From an uncultured Spirochaetaceae bacterium (GTDB taxonomy: Bacteria; Spirochaetota; Spirochaetia; SZUA-6; DRHE01), in the NCBI GenBank assembly GCA_964490725.1, contig CAZBDU010000013.1:8633-72632 (forward strand): DNA of 64,000 nucleotides, written 5' to 3'. This document shows positions 33,784 through 41,500 of this stretch, piece by piece; positions within the stretch are counted from its first letter, which is position 1, and each line of letters starts with the position of its first letter. The position numbers were made by a program, and so were the translations under genes. The notes beneath the pieces were generated by a model. The model searched no databases. It saw only the letters and a program-made list of their open reading frames with translations, and was not told the origin of the DNA.

Positions 33784-35208
33784 CTAGCCCTGCTGACCCG
33801 CGGTCAGATACTCTTCCCTTACTCCCTTTCGGCCCTTGTTGCTCATGGTTTCCGCACCGGTCGGCAGAGCCGCCGCCGCCTCGATGTTCGTACGCACCAG
33901 ACGGAACCCGACGACCGCGACCACCAGGTTCGTCACGGCAACGGCCGCCCAGAGCGTGATCAGCGGCAGCTTGAGAACGTGCAGCAGGAGGTAGGCCGCC
34001 GGAATGGCGATGGCGAGCCTCGCCAGGGCGAGCAGGAATCCAGACCAGGAGCGGGCGATGCCCTGAAGCGAATTGATCTCGACGAAAACCATGGCAAACA
34101 GCCCGTAGCTCAGCGGCACCGTGAGAAAGTAGCCGCGAGCGTACTCGGTGATCACTGGATCGGTAGTCAGAATGCGGATGATCCGATCATGGAACAATGC
34201 TGCGAGGAGGCCGAACAGGGTCGCCAGACCGAACCCGAGCAACAGCGCCTGGCGATAGGCGGCCCGGACGCGGTCGAACCGGCCCGCACCCGTGTTCTGG
34301 CTGAGGAGCGCAAGGACCGCCACGCCGAAGCCAACGGCCGGGAGGTAGGCGAAGAACTCCACGCGAAAGCCGATCGAAAGGCTTATCGCACCCGCTTCCT
34401 GAAAGCGAGCGGAGATGATCGCCGCCAGCACGGCCAGGGAGAGAGGACCGACCACGTTGGTCAGGGAGGCAGGAAGGCCGACGTTCAGAACCTGCTTCAC
34501 CGACTCCCAGTGTAGTCCCAGACGCGAGAACCGCAGAGCCACCATCATCTTCGCCTTCCTGAGGATGGTCAGCGCCGCAATCAGCATCAGCAGCTGCGAG
34601 AACAGAGTCGCCACCGCGGCGCCGCGAATACCCATGGCCGGAAGCCCTGCCCAGCCGAAGATCAGGGCCGGATCGAGGACGGCGTTGACGGCGGTGGAGA
34701 TGCTGAACAGGAGAGTGACGGTCTTGTTGTCGCCCTGGGAGTTGAACGCGAAGAACACGGTGAAGAGCAGGAACATCACCATCGAACCACCGGCGACGAT
34801 GGCGAAGTAGTCAACTGCCAGCGGAAGTATGCCTCCTGTAGCCCCGGAGGCCACCAGTAGCGGTATCCGGAAGACGAGAGAAATACCGGTGAAGAACAGG
34901 CCGGCGACGGCGGAAAGCACGAATGACTGGCCCAGGATCCGTTCCGCCTCGGCGATGTCCCGGCGTCCGATAGACATCGCCATCAGCACTCCCGAGCCCA
35001 CCGTGATACCCATGCTGAGGGATATCATCACGAACAGCGTAATCTGGGACAGGCTCACAGCCGCGATTGCATCGGGAGAGAGCTTGCTCACCCAGAAGGA
35101 GTCCACCGCGTTGTACAGGGTCTGAAAGAAAATCGACAGCATCACTGGCCAGGCCAGCGCCCATAGATGAGAGAAGAGGTTGCCCTCGGTCAGGTTGCGT
35201 CCTCGCAT
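33784..35208 (-). CDS. MATE family efflux transporter
   Basis: 474 aa, 12 predicted helices. N-terminus LWALAWPVMLSIFFQTLYNAVDSFWVSKL is typical of NorM/DinF-type MATE pumps. Confidence 0.9.
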   Translation of the reverse strand: MRGRNLTEGNLFSHLWALAWPVMLSIFFQTLYNAVDSFWVSKLSPDAIAAVSLSQITLFVMISLSMGITVGSGVLMAMSIGRRDIAEAERILGQSFVLSAVAGLFFTGISLVFRIPLLVASGATGGILPLAVDYFAIVAGGSMVMFLLFTVFFAFNSQGDNKTVTLLFSISTAVNAVLDPALIFGWAGLPAMGIRGAAVATLFSQLLMLIAALTILRKAKMMVALRFSRLGLHWESVKQVLNVGLPASLTNVVGPLSLAVLAAIISARFQEAGAISLSIGFRVEFFAYLPAVGFGVAVLALLSQNTGAGRFDRVRAAYRQALLLGFGLATLFGLLAALFHDRIIRILTTDPVITEYARGYFLTVPLSYGLFAMVFVEINSLQGIARSWSGFLLALARLAIAIPAAYLLLHVLKLPLITLWAAVAVTNLVVAVVGFRLVRTNIEAAAALPTGAETMSNKGRKGVREEYLTAGQQG

Positions 35209-35309
35209 AGTTCCGTTCCTTTCGCTGTACCTAGTCGGGAGTAAGCGGCCGAGAGGAAGCTCACCAGGCTGCTTCTCACCTCAGGCTGAACTGGTCGGCG
35301 GGCCTGTCC

Positions 35310-35662
35310 CTACTCTGGCAAGCCCGGGATTTCCATTACGGGCCGGATTTCGATCGTGCCCAGATCCGCCACCGGGACCCGCGCGGCTATGTCGATAGCC
35401 TCGTCGAGGTCCCGGGCGTCGATCAGATAGTACCCGCCCAGCTGCTCTCGCGTTTCGGCGAACGGTCCGTCGGTCACCACGCGCTTTCCGCCGCGCACTC
35501 GGACGCTTGTCGCCGTCGACGGGGGTGCAGCGGCGATGCGTCCAGGTACTGACCACTCCGATTGAGGTCCCGTGCCAGGCGCGCCGAATCACGGTAGCAA
35601 GCCTCCCGCCGAGCATCGCCCAGCGCATCTTCGTCCAGATGGACCAACGGCATGTACTTCAC
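35310..35662 (-). pseudogene. YCII-related (DGPF) domain protein with a -1 frameshift in a C/G homopolymer run (about 35521-35525)
   Basis: ORF 35474-35662 gives MKYMPLVHLDEDALG..SGQYLDASPLHP. ORF 35310-35498 gives ..STATSVRVRGGKRVVTDGPFAETREQLGGYYLIDARDLDEAIDIAARVP. The two join if one C is added to the CCCCC run on the coding strand. Confidence 0.75.
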
Positions 35663-35729
35663 GGCCGATACCGCGGCCAGACCGTACCTGAGCGGAGGCT
35701 CCTGTTCTCCAGCATCGCTGCCACGCTTC

Positions 35730-36081
35730 TCACGATTGCTCCTGTCGACCGGTGATGTTCACCATCCATTCGACGCCAAACCTGTCGGTGAGCATGCCAA
35801 ACGCGTCTCCCCAGGGGGCCTTGGCAAGCGGCTCTCGGATCGTGGCGCCGGAGGAGAGCTTCTCCCAGTAGCCACGCAGTTCCGCTTCGTTGTCGCCGGA
35901 GAGGGATATGCTCACGTTGGTCCCCGGAGGATGCTCCATCCTGTTCGGAATGTCTGCGGCCATGAGCGTGATGCCATTGTCCGCTTCCAGCAGGGAGTTT
36001 GCCGCCAGAGACCCTGTAGAATGTCATGGCCTCGCGAGCGTTGTCCTTGAACCCGATGTACGGATTCAGCCTGGTCTGCAC
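35730..36081 (-). pseudogene. PhnB/VOC (glyoxalase-fold, 3-demethylubiquinone methyltransferase-like) protein with internal deletion and frameshift
   Basis: N-terminus MQTRLNPYIGFKDNAREAMTFY (frame of ORF 35659-36081). C-terminus LLEADNGITLMAADIP..SISLSGDNEAELRGYWEKLSSGATIREPLAKAPWGDAFGMLTDRFGVEWMVN (frame of ORF 35730-35963). About 25-30 residues expected between the two are missing. Confidence 0.6.
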
Positions 36082-36275
36082 AAGCGCCTCCTTGGGAAAT
36101 GGTCCGCTGCGTTACGCTGCCTCCGGGCTCCATCCCCACGAGATAGTCGATTGGGTGGAGCAGAAATCGACTGAGACAGTGATGGTTCCAGCCCGGCTAC
36201 CCGCTCGTGCAGGGCTCCCGCCCCTGCCCGGCAACCCCAAAGCCCACCATTGCACGCCTTCTCTTTGAAAGGTTT

Positions 36276-36647
36276 TCAAGACGTCCGGAGATCGAAATCG
36301 TCGCTTCTGACGTCAAGACATCCCGAGGTTTTCTTTCCCGGGGATGATAGAGACTGTGCATCTTCTTCAGGTCCTCGAGCGGTTGAGGCGGAGCCTCCCG
36401 TCCCGGCGCCGGTGAAAGCCTCCCCTTCAGCAATCTGAAACCGCTGCTCCAGCCGCTGCCCCAGGCCATTGGCGTAGCCGCCCAGCCGGCGGCACATCCA
36501 CGCTGTCGCTCCAGCCAGCCGTTTCAGGCGGCGCTGCCTGCGGATGCGGGCCTGTTCCTCGAGCGCCCGGTATATGGACGCGTTCTTCTCCCAGGCGAGC
36601 TGCCGCAGGCGATGATTGAGCATGACTTCGTACATGCTCCCGTACAT
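36276..36647 (-). CDS. Hypothetical protein (weak call), divergent from the WYL regulator
   Basis: 123 aa. Plausible SD (AAGGGGGA). Charged helical N-terminus, but a low-complexity C-terminal half. No recognised domain. Confidence 0.3.
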   Translation of the reverse strand: MYGSMYEVMLNHRLRQLAWEKNASIYRALEEQARIRRQRRLKRLAGATAWMCRRLGGYANGLGQRLEQRFQIAEGEAFTGAGTGGSASTARGPEEDAQSLSSPGKKTSGCLDVRSDDFDLRTS

Positions 36648-36711
36648 AATGTCCCCCTTTCGACCGTGCCCGGTTCCTTGATTTCGTCTTCAGGAAAAGT
36701 TACTCTTGAAA

Positions 36712-36730
36712 GAGGACATACTCGGTCCTC
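36712..36730. promoter_or_regulatory. Inverted repeat GAGGAC-7 nt-GTCCTC in the AT-richer divergent promoter region
   Basis: 6-bp arms read directly. Lies between the divergent genes at 36647 and 36811. Confidence 0.3.
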
Positions 36731-36810
36731 ATTAAATTTGTTTTCGGGTGTTTTTCTTTGCTTTTTTCCTGATCGAGGTTCCGGGGTGATGCCCGGGGAG
36801 GGTTCAGGCC

Positions 36811-37758
36811 ATGTACCATCCTACCGGCCGCGTGCTGACCGTGCTGGAGCTGCTACAGTCGCGACCCGGCATCACCGGCCCGCAGCTGGCGATGAGGCTG
36901 GAAACCGACGTTCGTACGGTGCGCCGCTACGTCTCCAAGCTCCAGGACGTCGGCATTCCCGTGGAAGCGAATCCCGGGCGCTACGGAGGATACCGCCTGA
37001 GACCCGGTTACAAGCTGCCCCCGCTGATTTTCAGCGAAGAGGAGGCCACCGCGATCGTGCTCGGCCTCATAGGAAGCTCCTGGCTCGAGGTCGAGCAGTC
37101 CCGGGCCGCCGTGTCGGGGGCGATATCGAAGATCACCCGGGTGCTGCCGCAAGAAGCCCGGGAACGCCTCGACTCGCTCTCCTCGCTCCTGATCCTGGAC
37201 ACCCGGCGAAAGAGGTCCCAGCCCGATGCGGCCCTGCTCATCCGCCTGAGCGAAGCGGTCCAGGCCCGCCAGGCGGTCGACATGCGTTACACGGCGGACG
37301 AACGGACCACGCTCAGGGTGGTCGAACCCTACGGGCTGATCGGCCGGGCGGGATGCTGGTACCTGGTGGGCTACTGCCGGTTGAGGCAGGATTACCGCAC
37401 CTTCCGGCTGGACCGCATCGACGCGCTCGACGTTCTGGAAGAACACTTCACCCGCAACGAGGACTTCGATTACGAGGCGTACGTCGCCGAGCACGTGGAA
37501 ACCTATCCCGGTAGCAAGCGGTACCGGGTGGTGTTCAAGGCCGACCTGGAGACCGTGCGGAGAAGGATCCCCCCCGCCGACGGTCCGCTCACCGAGAGTC
37601 CCGAGGGGATCGTCTTCGACGGGCGTACCGACGATTACGATTACGGGGCCCGACGCCTCATCCGGCTGGAAATCCCCTTCGTGGTGAAGGATCCCCCAGA
37701 GCTGAAGGAAGCCCTGCTGGCCATCGTCCGCGAGCTCCGCCTCAGCGCGCAAGCCTGA
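36811..37758 (+). CDS. YafY-family transcriptional regulator (wHTH + WYL + WCX domains)
   Basis: 315 aa. RVLTVLELLQSRPGITGPQLAMRLETDVRTVRRYVSKLQDVGIPVEANPGRYGGYRL. WYL-type core: VDMRYTADERTTLRVVEPYGLIGRAGCWYLVGYCRLRQDYRTFRLDRI. Confidence 0.85.
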   Translation: MYHPTGRVLTVLELLQSRPGITGPQLAMRLETDVRTVRRYVSKLQDVGIPVEANPGRYGGYRLRPGYKLPPLIFSEEEATAIVLGLIGSSWLEVEQSRAAVSGAISKITRVLPQEARERLDSLSSLLILDTRRKRSQPDAALLIRLSEAVQARQAVDMRYTADERTTLRVVEPYGLIGRAGCWYLVGYCRLRQDYRTFRLDRIDALDVLEEHFTRNEDFDYEAYVAEHVETYPGSKRYRVVFKADLETVRRRIPPADGPLTESPEGIVFDGRTDDYDYGARRLIRLEIPFVVKDPPELKEALLAIVRELRLSAQA

Positions 37759-37783
37759 AGACTATGGGTGACGCAAGGAACCG

Positions 37784-38146
37784 TTGATGACACTTTGGGT
37801 ACGCGATGGTCAATCGAATCGGGACTCGAACCTGGTGAAAAGACTAACCAAGCACGGGAACAGTCTGGCGCTGGTCATCGATCGGGCGGTCCTCGATCTG
37901 CTCAAGATCGATCGCGACACTCCCTTGGATATCTCGACTGATGGTGAGGTCCTCGTAGTATCGGCCTGCGGGATCTCGGGCCGCTGCAGTCTGCTTTGGC
38001 GATGCCTGCGAAAACGGGTCCCCTGCGCTGCGTTCCCCGGAGGCAGCCCCGCAGGAAAGCTCGCGGGGTGCGGCGAACGGGAGCCTGCTACGCCGGGGGC
38101 GCCGGCGGCCCGGCCACCTGCAGCCCGATCAGCTCCTCGACGGTGA
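37784..38146 (+). pseudogene. Orphan AbrB/MazE/SpoVT-family antitoxin; the SpoVT-AbrB core (about 37835-37960) is intact, the C-terminus is degenerate, and no toxin gene follows
   Basis: VKRLTKHGNSLALVIDRAVLDLLKIDRDTPLDISTDGEVLVVS, followed by Cys/Arg/Pro-rich sequence that overlaps an antisense ABC ATPase fragment. Confidence 0.55.
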
Positions 38147-38330
38147 CATCCCGCTTGGCCAGGTTGGCCACCACCTGTCCCCTGAGCATGACCACGAGCC
38201 GGTCGGCAACGGCGTAGACGTCGTGAAGGTTGTGGGTCACGAAGATGCCGGCGATGTCCTCCTCCTTCAGCCTTTCGATGAAGCTCAACACCCGCTGCAC
38301 CCCGGTGACCGCCAGGGCCAGCACGTGGTG
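38088..38330 (-). pseudogene. C-terminal fragment of a sugar-type ABC transporter ATPase
   Basis: ..ALAVTGVQRVLSFIERLKEEDIAGIFVTHNLHDVYAVADRLVVMLRGQVVANLAKRDVTVEELIGLQV (H-loop and C-terminal region only). No Walker A/B or signature motif is recognisable upstream in this frame. Confidence 0.6.
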
Positions 38331-39158
38331 AACGACGTAGTAGGTGTCGCGGACCGAAGAGCAGCCGCCGGCGAGGAGGTCGAACAGCCTCTCGGTCACC
38401 GCCGCCAGGGTGTAGCGGTCACCCCCGCGGGCGGCGAGAATCAGCTGCGTCTCCAGCTCCTGAGGTCCGGGATTCACCCGGCAGCTCAATCGGGGAGATG
38501 CCCGCTCCGCCGGTGGGGGGGTCTCCTTGACGCAGAAGTCCATCTTCTTCTGCGGCCGGCTTGCCGAATGCCGCCTCCCCCCCGCGTGCAGCTCCCCGAC
38601 GGAACCGGCAGCCGCCTGCATTGAGTATAGGCAGGACAGGCCGCCTCCACCTATAGCCGGATGTGACTAACTGTCCGGGTGGTATCGGGTTAGCTGATAC
38701 TGGCAGCAAGAGTTGGAACTGCCCTTAACCCTCTACTCTTTGAACCGAAGCTCTTTGGGCAAATCCTCCTCGCCCCCACCCCTGCCGTGCCGCCGCTCTT
38801 CGGCCTCATCCTCGCGACCTTCGTGCTCGCGGACGATCAGAAGTACGGGCATTTCTTCCGGGACCACGGAATTCGCAAGGTGATCTTCGCATTCCAGGGC
38901 CGGCCGAGGCTGTACAACGATCTTGCCACCGCCGGCGCATCCGTGCGCCGTGTGGCCTTGCATGCAGGGGAGCTCGCCGGCGAGGGGGCCAAGGCGCCTA
39001 GGTGCTGGCCGGGGAGTGACCGCGGGCCGCCGGAACGCGCTTGCGCGCCGGCGGAAAGGGGGCCTCCCCCAGCTGCAACCCCAGCGAGCCCTGGAGCATC
39101 CTGGCGGACATACGCCTGCCCATGAGCACGCTGGTCTGGGCTCACCTGCGGCCAGCTT

Positions 39159-40028
39159 CTAGTCCTTCTTTCCCGGGCGTTGCCGGGGGCTGAGGGCCCC
39201 CGCTACATCGCCGAAGCGGGTCAGCTTGGCCTTGCTCTTTGCGGCCATGAGCTCATCGTAGCGCCGGTCATCCACCATGGCCACGAGTCGGCAGATGCTG
39301 GACTCCCCATCCACGAACCTCCATGGGAAGCAGCCAATGACCACCCGCTGGTTCAAGAGAAGATCTATGTCCCCTCCGGCGCACTCCAGGTGGATGATGC
39401 CGTGGTTGAACATCTCGATATGCATCAGTTGGTACTTGTCCTCGGGGAAGGCCTCCTCCAGGCTCCGACCGAACTTCTGGCGGAAGAAGGCATCGGCCTC
39501 CCGTGCCTGTCTGGGCATCCAGTTGCGGATAATTGTGTTCATCGGGTGATCTGCACTGCCGCAGTCTACGGCGATCCAGCGGATCCTTTTTCTTTTGGCC
39601 CATTCGGCGAACTCCCGGTCGGGGCCCGGGTGCTTCACCATGTAGCGGATCTCGTCAGCGGTGGGCTGGTCCCAACCGTAGTGATGGTAGCCGGTATGAA
39701 TGACCAGAATGTCTCCCTCCTTCACTTCCACCCGCTCCTCTACCTGGGCTGAGGTATACACATCGTAGTCCTGGGTGCAATCCGACAGATCCACTACCAC
39801 CCCTTCATGCACCAGAAAGTCCATGTCCAGAGAGGCGATGTCCTTGCCGGGCGTATGAAAGTGAATCTCCCCGTCCAGATGCGTGCCCACGTGGTTGGAG
39901 TGGGTCAGCAACTGTCCGTTGGCTCCATTGGGCGCCAGCCGTTTGAAGTACTTCACCTGTAGGGGTTCGTAGGTCGGCCAGGGCGGCGTGGCGATGCCGA
40001 TCGGGATGGTCAGGTCAATGAATTTCAC
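39159..40028 (-). CDS. Cyclase family protein (kynurenine-formamidase-like metal hydrolase fold)
   Basis: 289 aa. HxGTHxDxxxH motif as HVGTHLDGEIH. GTGA overlap with the upstream gene. Confidence 0.85.
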   Translation of the reverse strand: MKFIDLTIPIGIATPPWPTYEPLQVKYFKRLAPNGANGQLLTHSNHVGTHLDGEIHFHTPGKDIASLDMDFLVHEGVVVDLSDCTQDYDVYTSAQVEERVEVKEGDILVIHTGYHHYGWDQPTADEIRYMVKHPGPDREFAEWAKRKRIRWIAVDCGSADHPMNTIIRNWMPRQAREADAFFRQKFGRSLEEAFPEDKYQLMHIEMFNHGIIHLECAGGDIDLLLNQRVVIGCFPWRFVDGESSICRLVAMVDDRRYDELMAAKSKAKLTRFGDVAGALSPRQRPGKKD

Positions 40029-41305
40029 GGTTTCCTCCTGTGCTCACGCTGAATCTCGCCTTCTCCGTACTCCTGCACGAAGGTCTCGAAGGCTTCCTGA
40101 AAACAGGCCAGGGGCGGTTTGACCAACCCCGCGCCCACCATGCCGATCCCCGGCTCGCGGTGGGCGATCCCGGTGTTCACGGCCGGCAGAATCCCGGTTT
40201 CCACCACCTTGACCAAGTCAATCGCGGTGGGGGTGCCCCGGAAATCCAGGATAGGGATCCGGTAGGCGTCGTTCTCGGCCGTGGTGATCTCGTACATGGA
40301 CTGGCTGACGTTGAGGGCCTCGCGGGGGCTGCCGCCTACGAACTTGACAATGGCCGGGGCCGCAGCCATGGCAAAACCGCCGATGCCGGCTGTCTCGGTG
40401 ATCACCGAATCCCCTATGTCGGGGGCCGCGTCCGCCGCGGAGAAGCCCGGAAGATAGAGCCCGTCGACCGTGCTGGCCGGGGCGGTGAACCAACCCTCCC
40501 CCAGGCCCGACACGCGGATGCCGAAATCGGTGCCGTTGCGCGCCATGGTCCAAATCACTGAGCTGCCCTCGATGCCGGCTGCAGCGTCAGCGGTGCACTT
40601 GCAGGCCGGCATGGACAGGTTCAGGAAAAAGTGGTCGTTGCCGTGCATGAAGGAGAGCACTCGGGCGATCGCCTCACGGTCCGCATCGAGCCTGACCAGG
40701 TGGGGAGCCAGTTCCCGAATCAGCAGGGAGGTGCCGGCGCGGTTGCGGTTGTGCCCTTCGTCGCCCATCTGCAGGGCCTGGGCGATCAGGCTCTTCATGT
40801 CAATCTCTCCATGGCGCCGCAAGGCGGCCCGCAGCAGGGGCGCCAGCTCGGCGGCCATCCAGCGCAACCGCTCGATCACCTCATCGGAAAAGGCTCCGTA
40901 GCGCAAAACCTTGCCCAGCCCCTCGTTGAGGGTGCAGAACGCGCGGTTGCCGAAGCTCCTGTTCTCCAAGACCCACACCGGCATGCTCCAGCCGAGCACG
41001 CCGGCCATCGGCCCCACGGCGGAATGGTGATGGCAGGGTTCGAAGGCGATCTGCCCGGAGGCGGCCAGCCGCTGCGCTGCTTCGGGGTCAGAAGCCAGAC
41101 CCTCGAGGATCAGGGCGCCGATCACGGCTCCACGCATGGGGCCGCACATTCGCTCCCAGCCCACGGGGGGCCCGGCGTGCAGGATGAGATTGCGGCGCAG
41201 GCCAGGGACCACCTCTGCGGCGGTGGCGATGTCCACCAGGGTGGGTTTGCTCCCCAGCATCCGGGAGGCGGCTTCCTGGTTGGCCTTCACGATCCGCGAG
41301 TGCAT
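40025..41305 (-). CDS. DUF1116 family protein (YlbE-like)
   Basis: 426 aa. LILHAGPPVGWERMCGPMRGAVIGA..FEPCHHHSAVGPMAGV..NEGLGKVLRYGAF..GDSVITETAGIGGFAMAAAP..NTGIAHREPGIGMVGAGLVKPPLACF, collinear with E. coli YlbE as I recall it. AAGGAGG SD. Confidence 0.85.
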   Translation of the reverse strand: MHSRIVKANQEAASRMLGSKPTLVDIATAAEVVPGLRRNLILHAGPPVGWERMCGPMRGAVIGALILEGLASDPEAAQRLAASGQIAFEPCHHHSAVGPMAGVLGWSMPVWVLENRSFGNRAFCTLNEGLGKVLRYGAFSDEVIERLRWMAAELAPLLRAALRRHGEIDMKSLIAQALQMGDEGHNRNRAGTSLLIRELAPHLVRLDADREAIARVLSFMHGNDHFFLNLSMPACKCTADAAAGIEGSSVIWTMARNGTDFGIRVSGLGEGWFTAPASTVDGLYLPGFSAADAAPDIGDSVITETAGIGGFAMAAAPAIVKFVGGSPREALNVSQSMYEITTAENDAYRIPILDFRGTPTAIDLVKVVETGILPAVNTGIAHREPGIGMVGAGLVKPPLACFQEAFETFVQEYGEGEIQREHRRKP

Positions 41306-41314
41306 GGCGCCTCC

Positions 41315-41500
41315 TTATCGCCCCAGCCGGCGCAGCAGCCCGAGCAGGCGCTCGTCGCCGCCGGCAGGGGGGCGCCAGGCCATCTGCAATACTGTCACCC
41401 CTTGGCGCTGCAAGCTCTGCGCAAATAACTCCAGCCCCATGTTGATGCACTGAAGCTCGCCTGTGAACAGATCGCTGATTTTCCCGACGTCCGGTGTCAT
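41315..41500 (-). CDS. Small ORF (61 aa) in the same frame as, and 9 nt upstream of, the DUF1116 gene; resembles the N-terminal extension of longer DUF1116 proteins
   Basis: MTPDVGKISDLFTGELQCINMGLELFAQSLQRQGVTVLQMAWRPPAGGDERLLGLLRRLGR then TAA. ATGA overlap with the fdrA stop. Confidence 0.5.
   Translation of the reverse strand: MTPDVGKISDLFTGELQCINMGLELFAQSLQRQGVTVLQMAWRPPAGGDERLLGLLRRLGR

Noticed and set aside
38640-39158. ORFs 38733-38963 (-), 38787-39125 (+) and 38837-39145 (-), plus a GGGTTA..TAACCC hairpin at 38687-38731.
   Set aside because: No convincing start context or domain signature. The hairpin is short and has no U-tract. This is possibly further gene debris next to the ABC ATPase fragment, but I cannot support a call.
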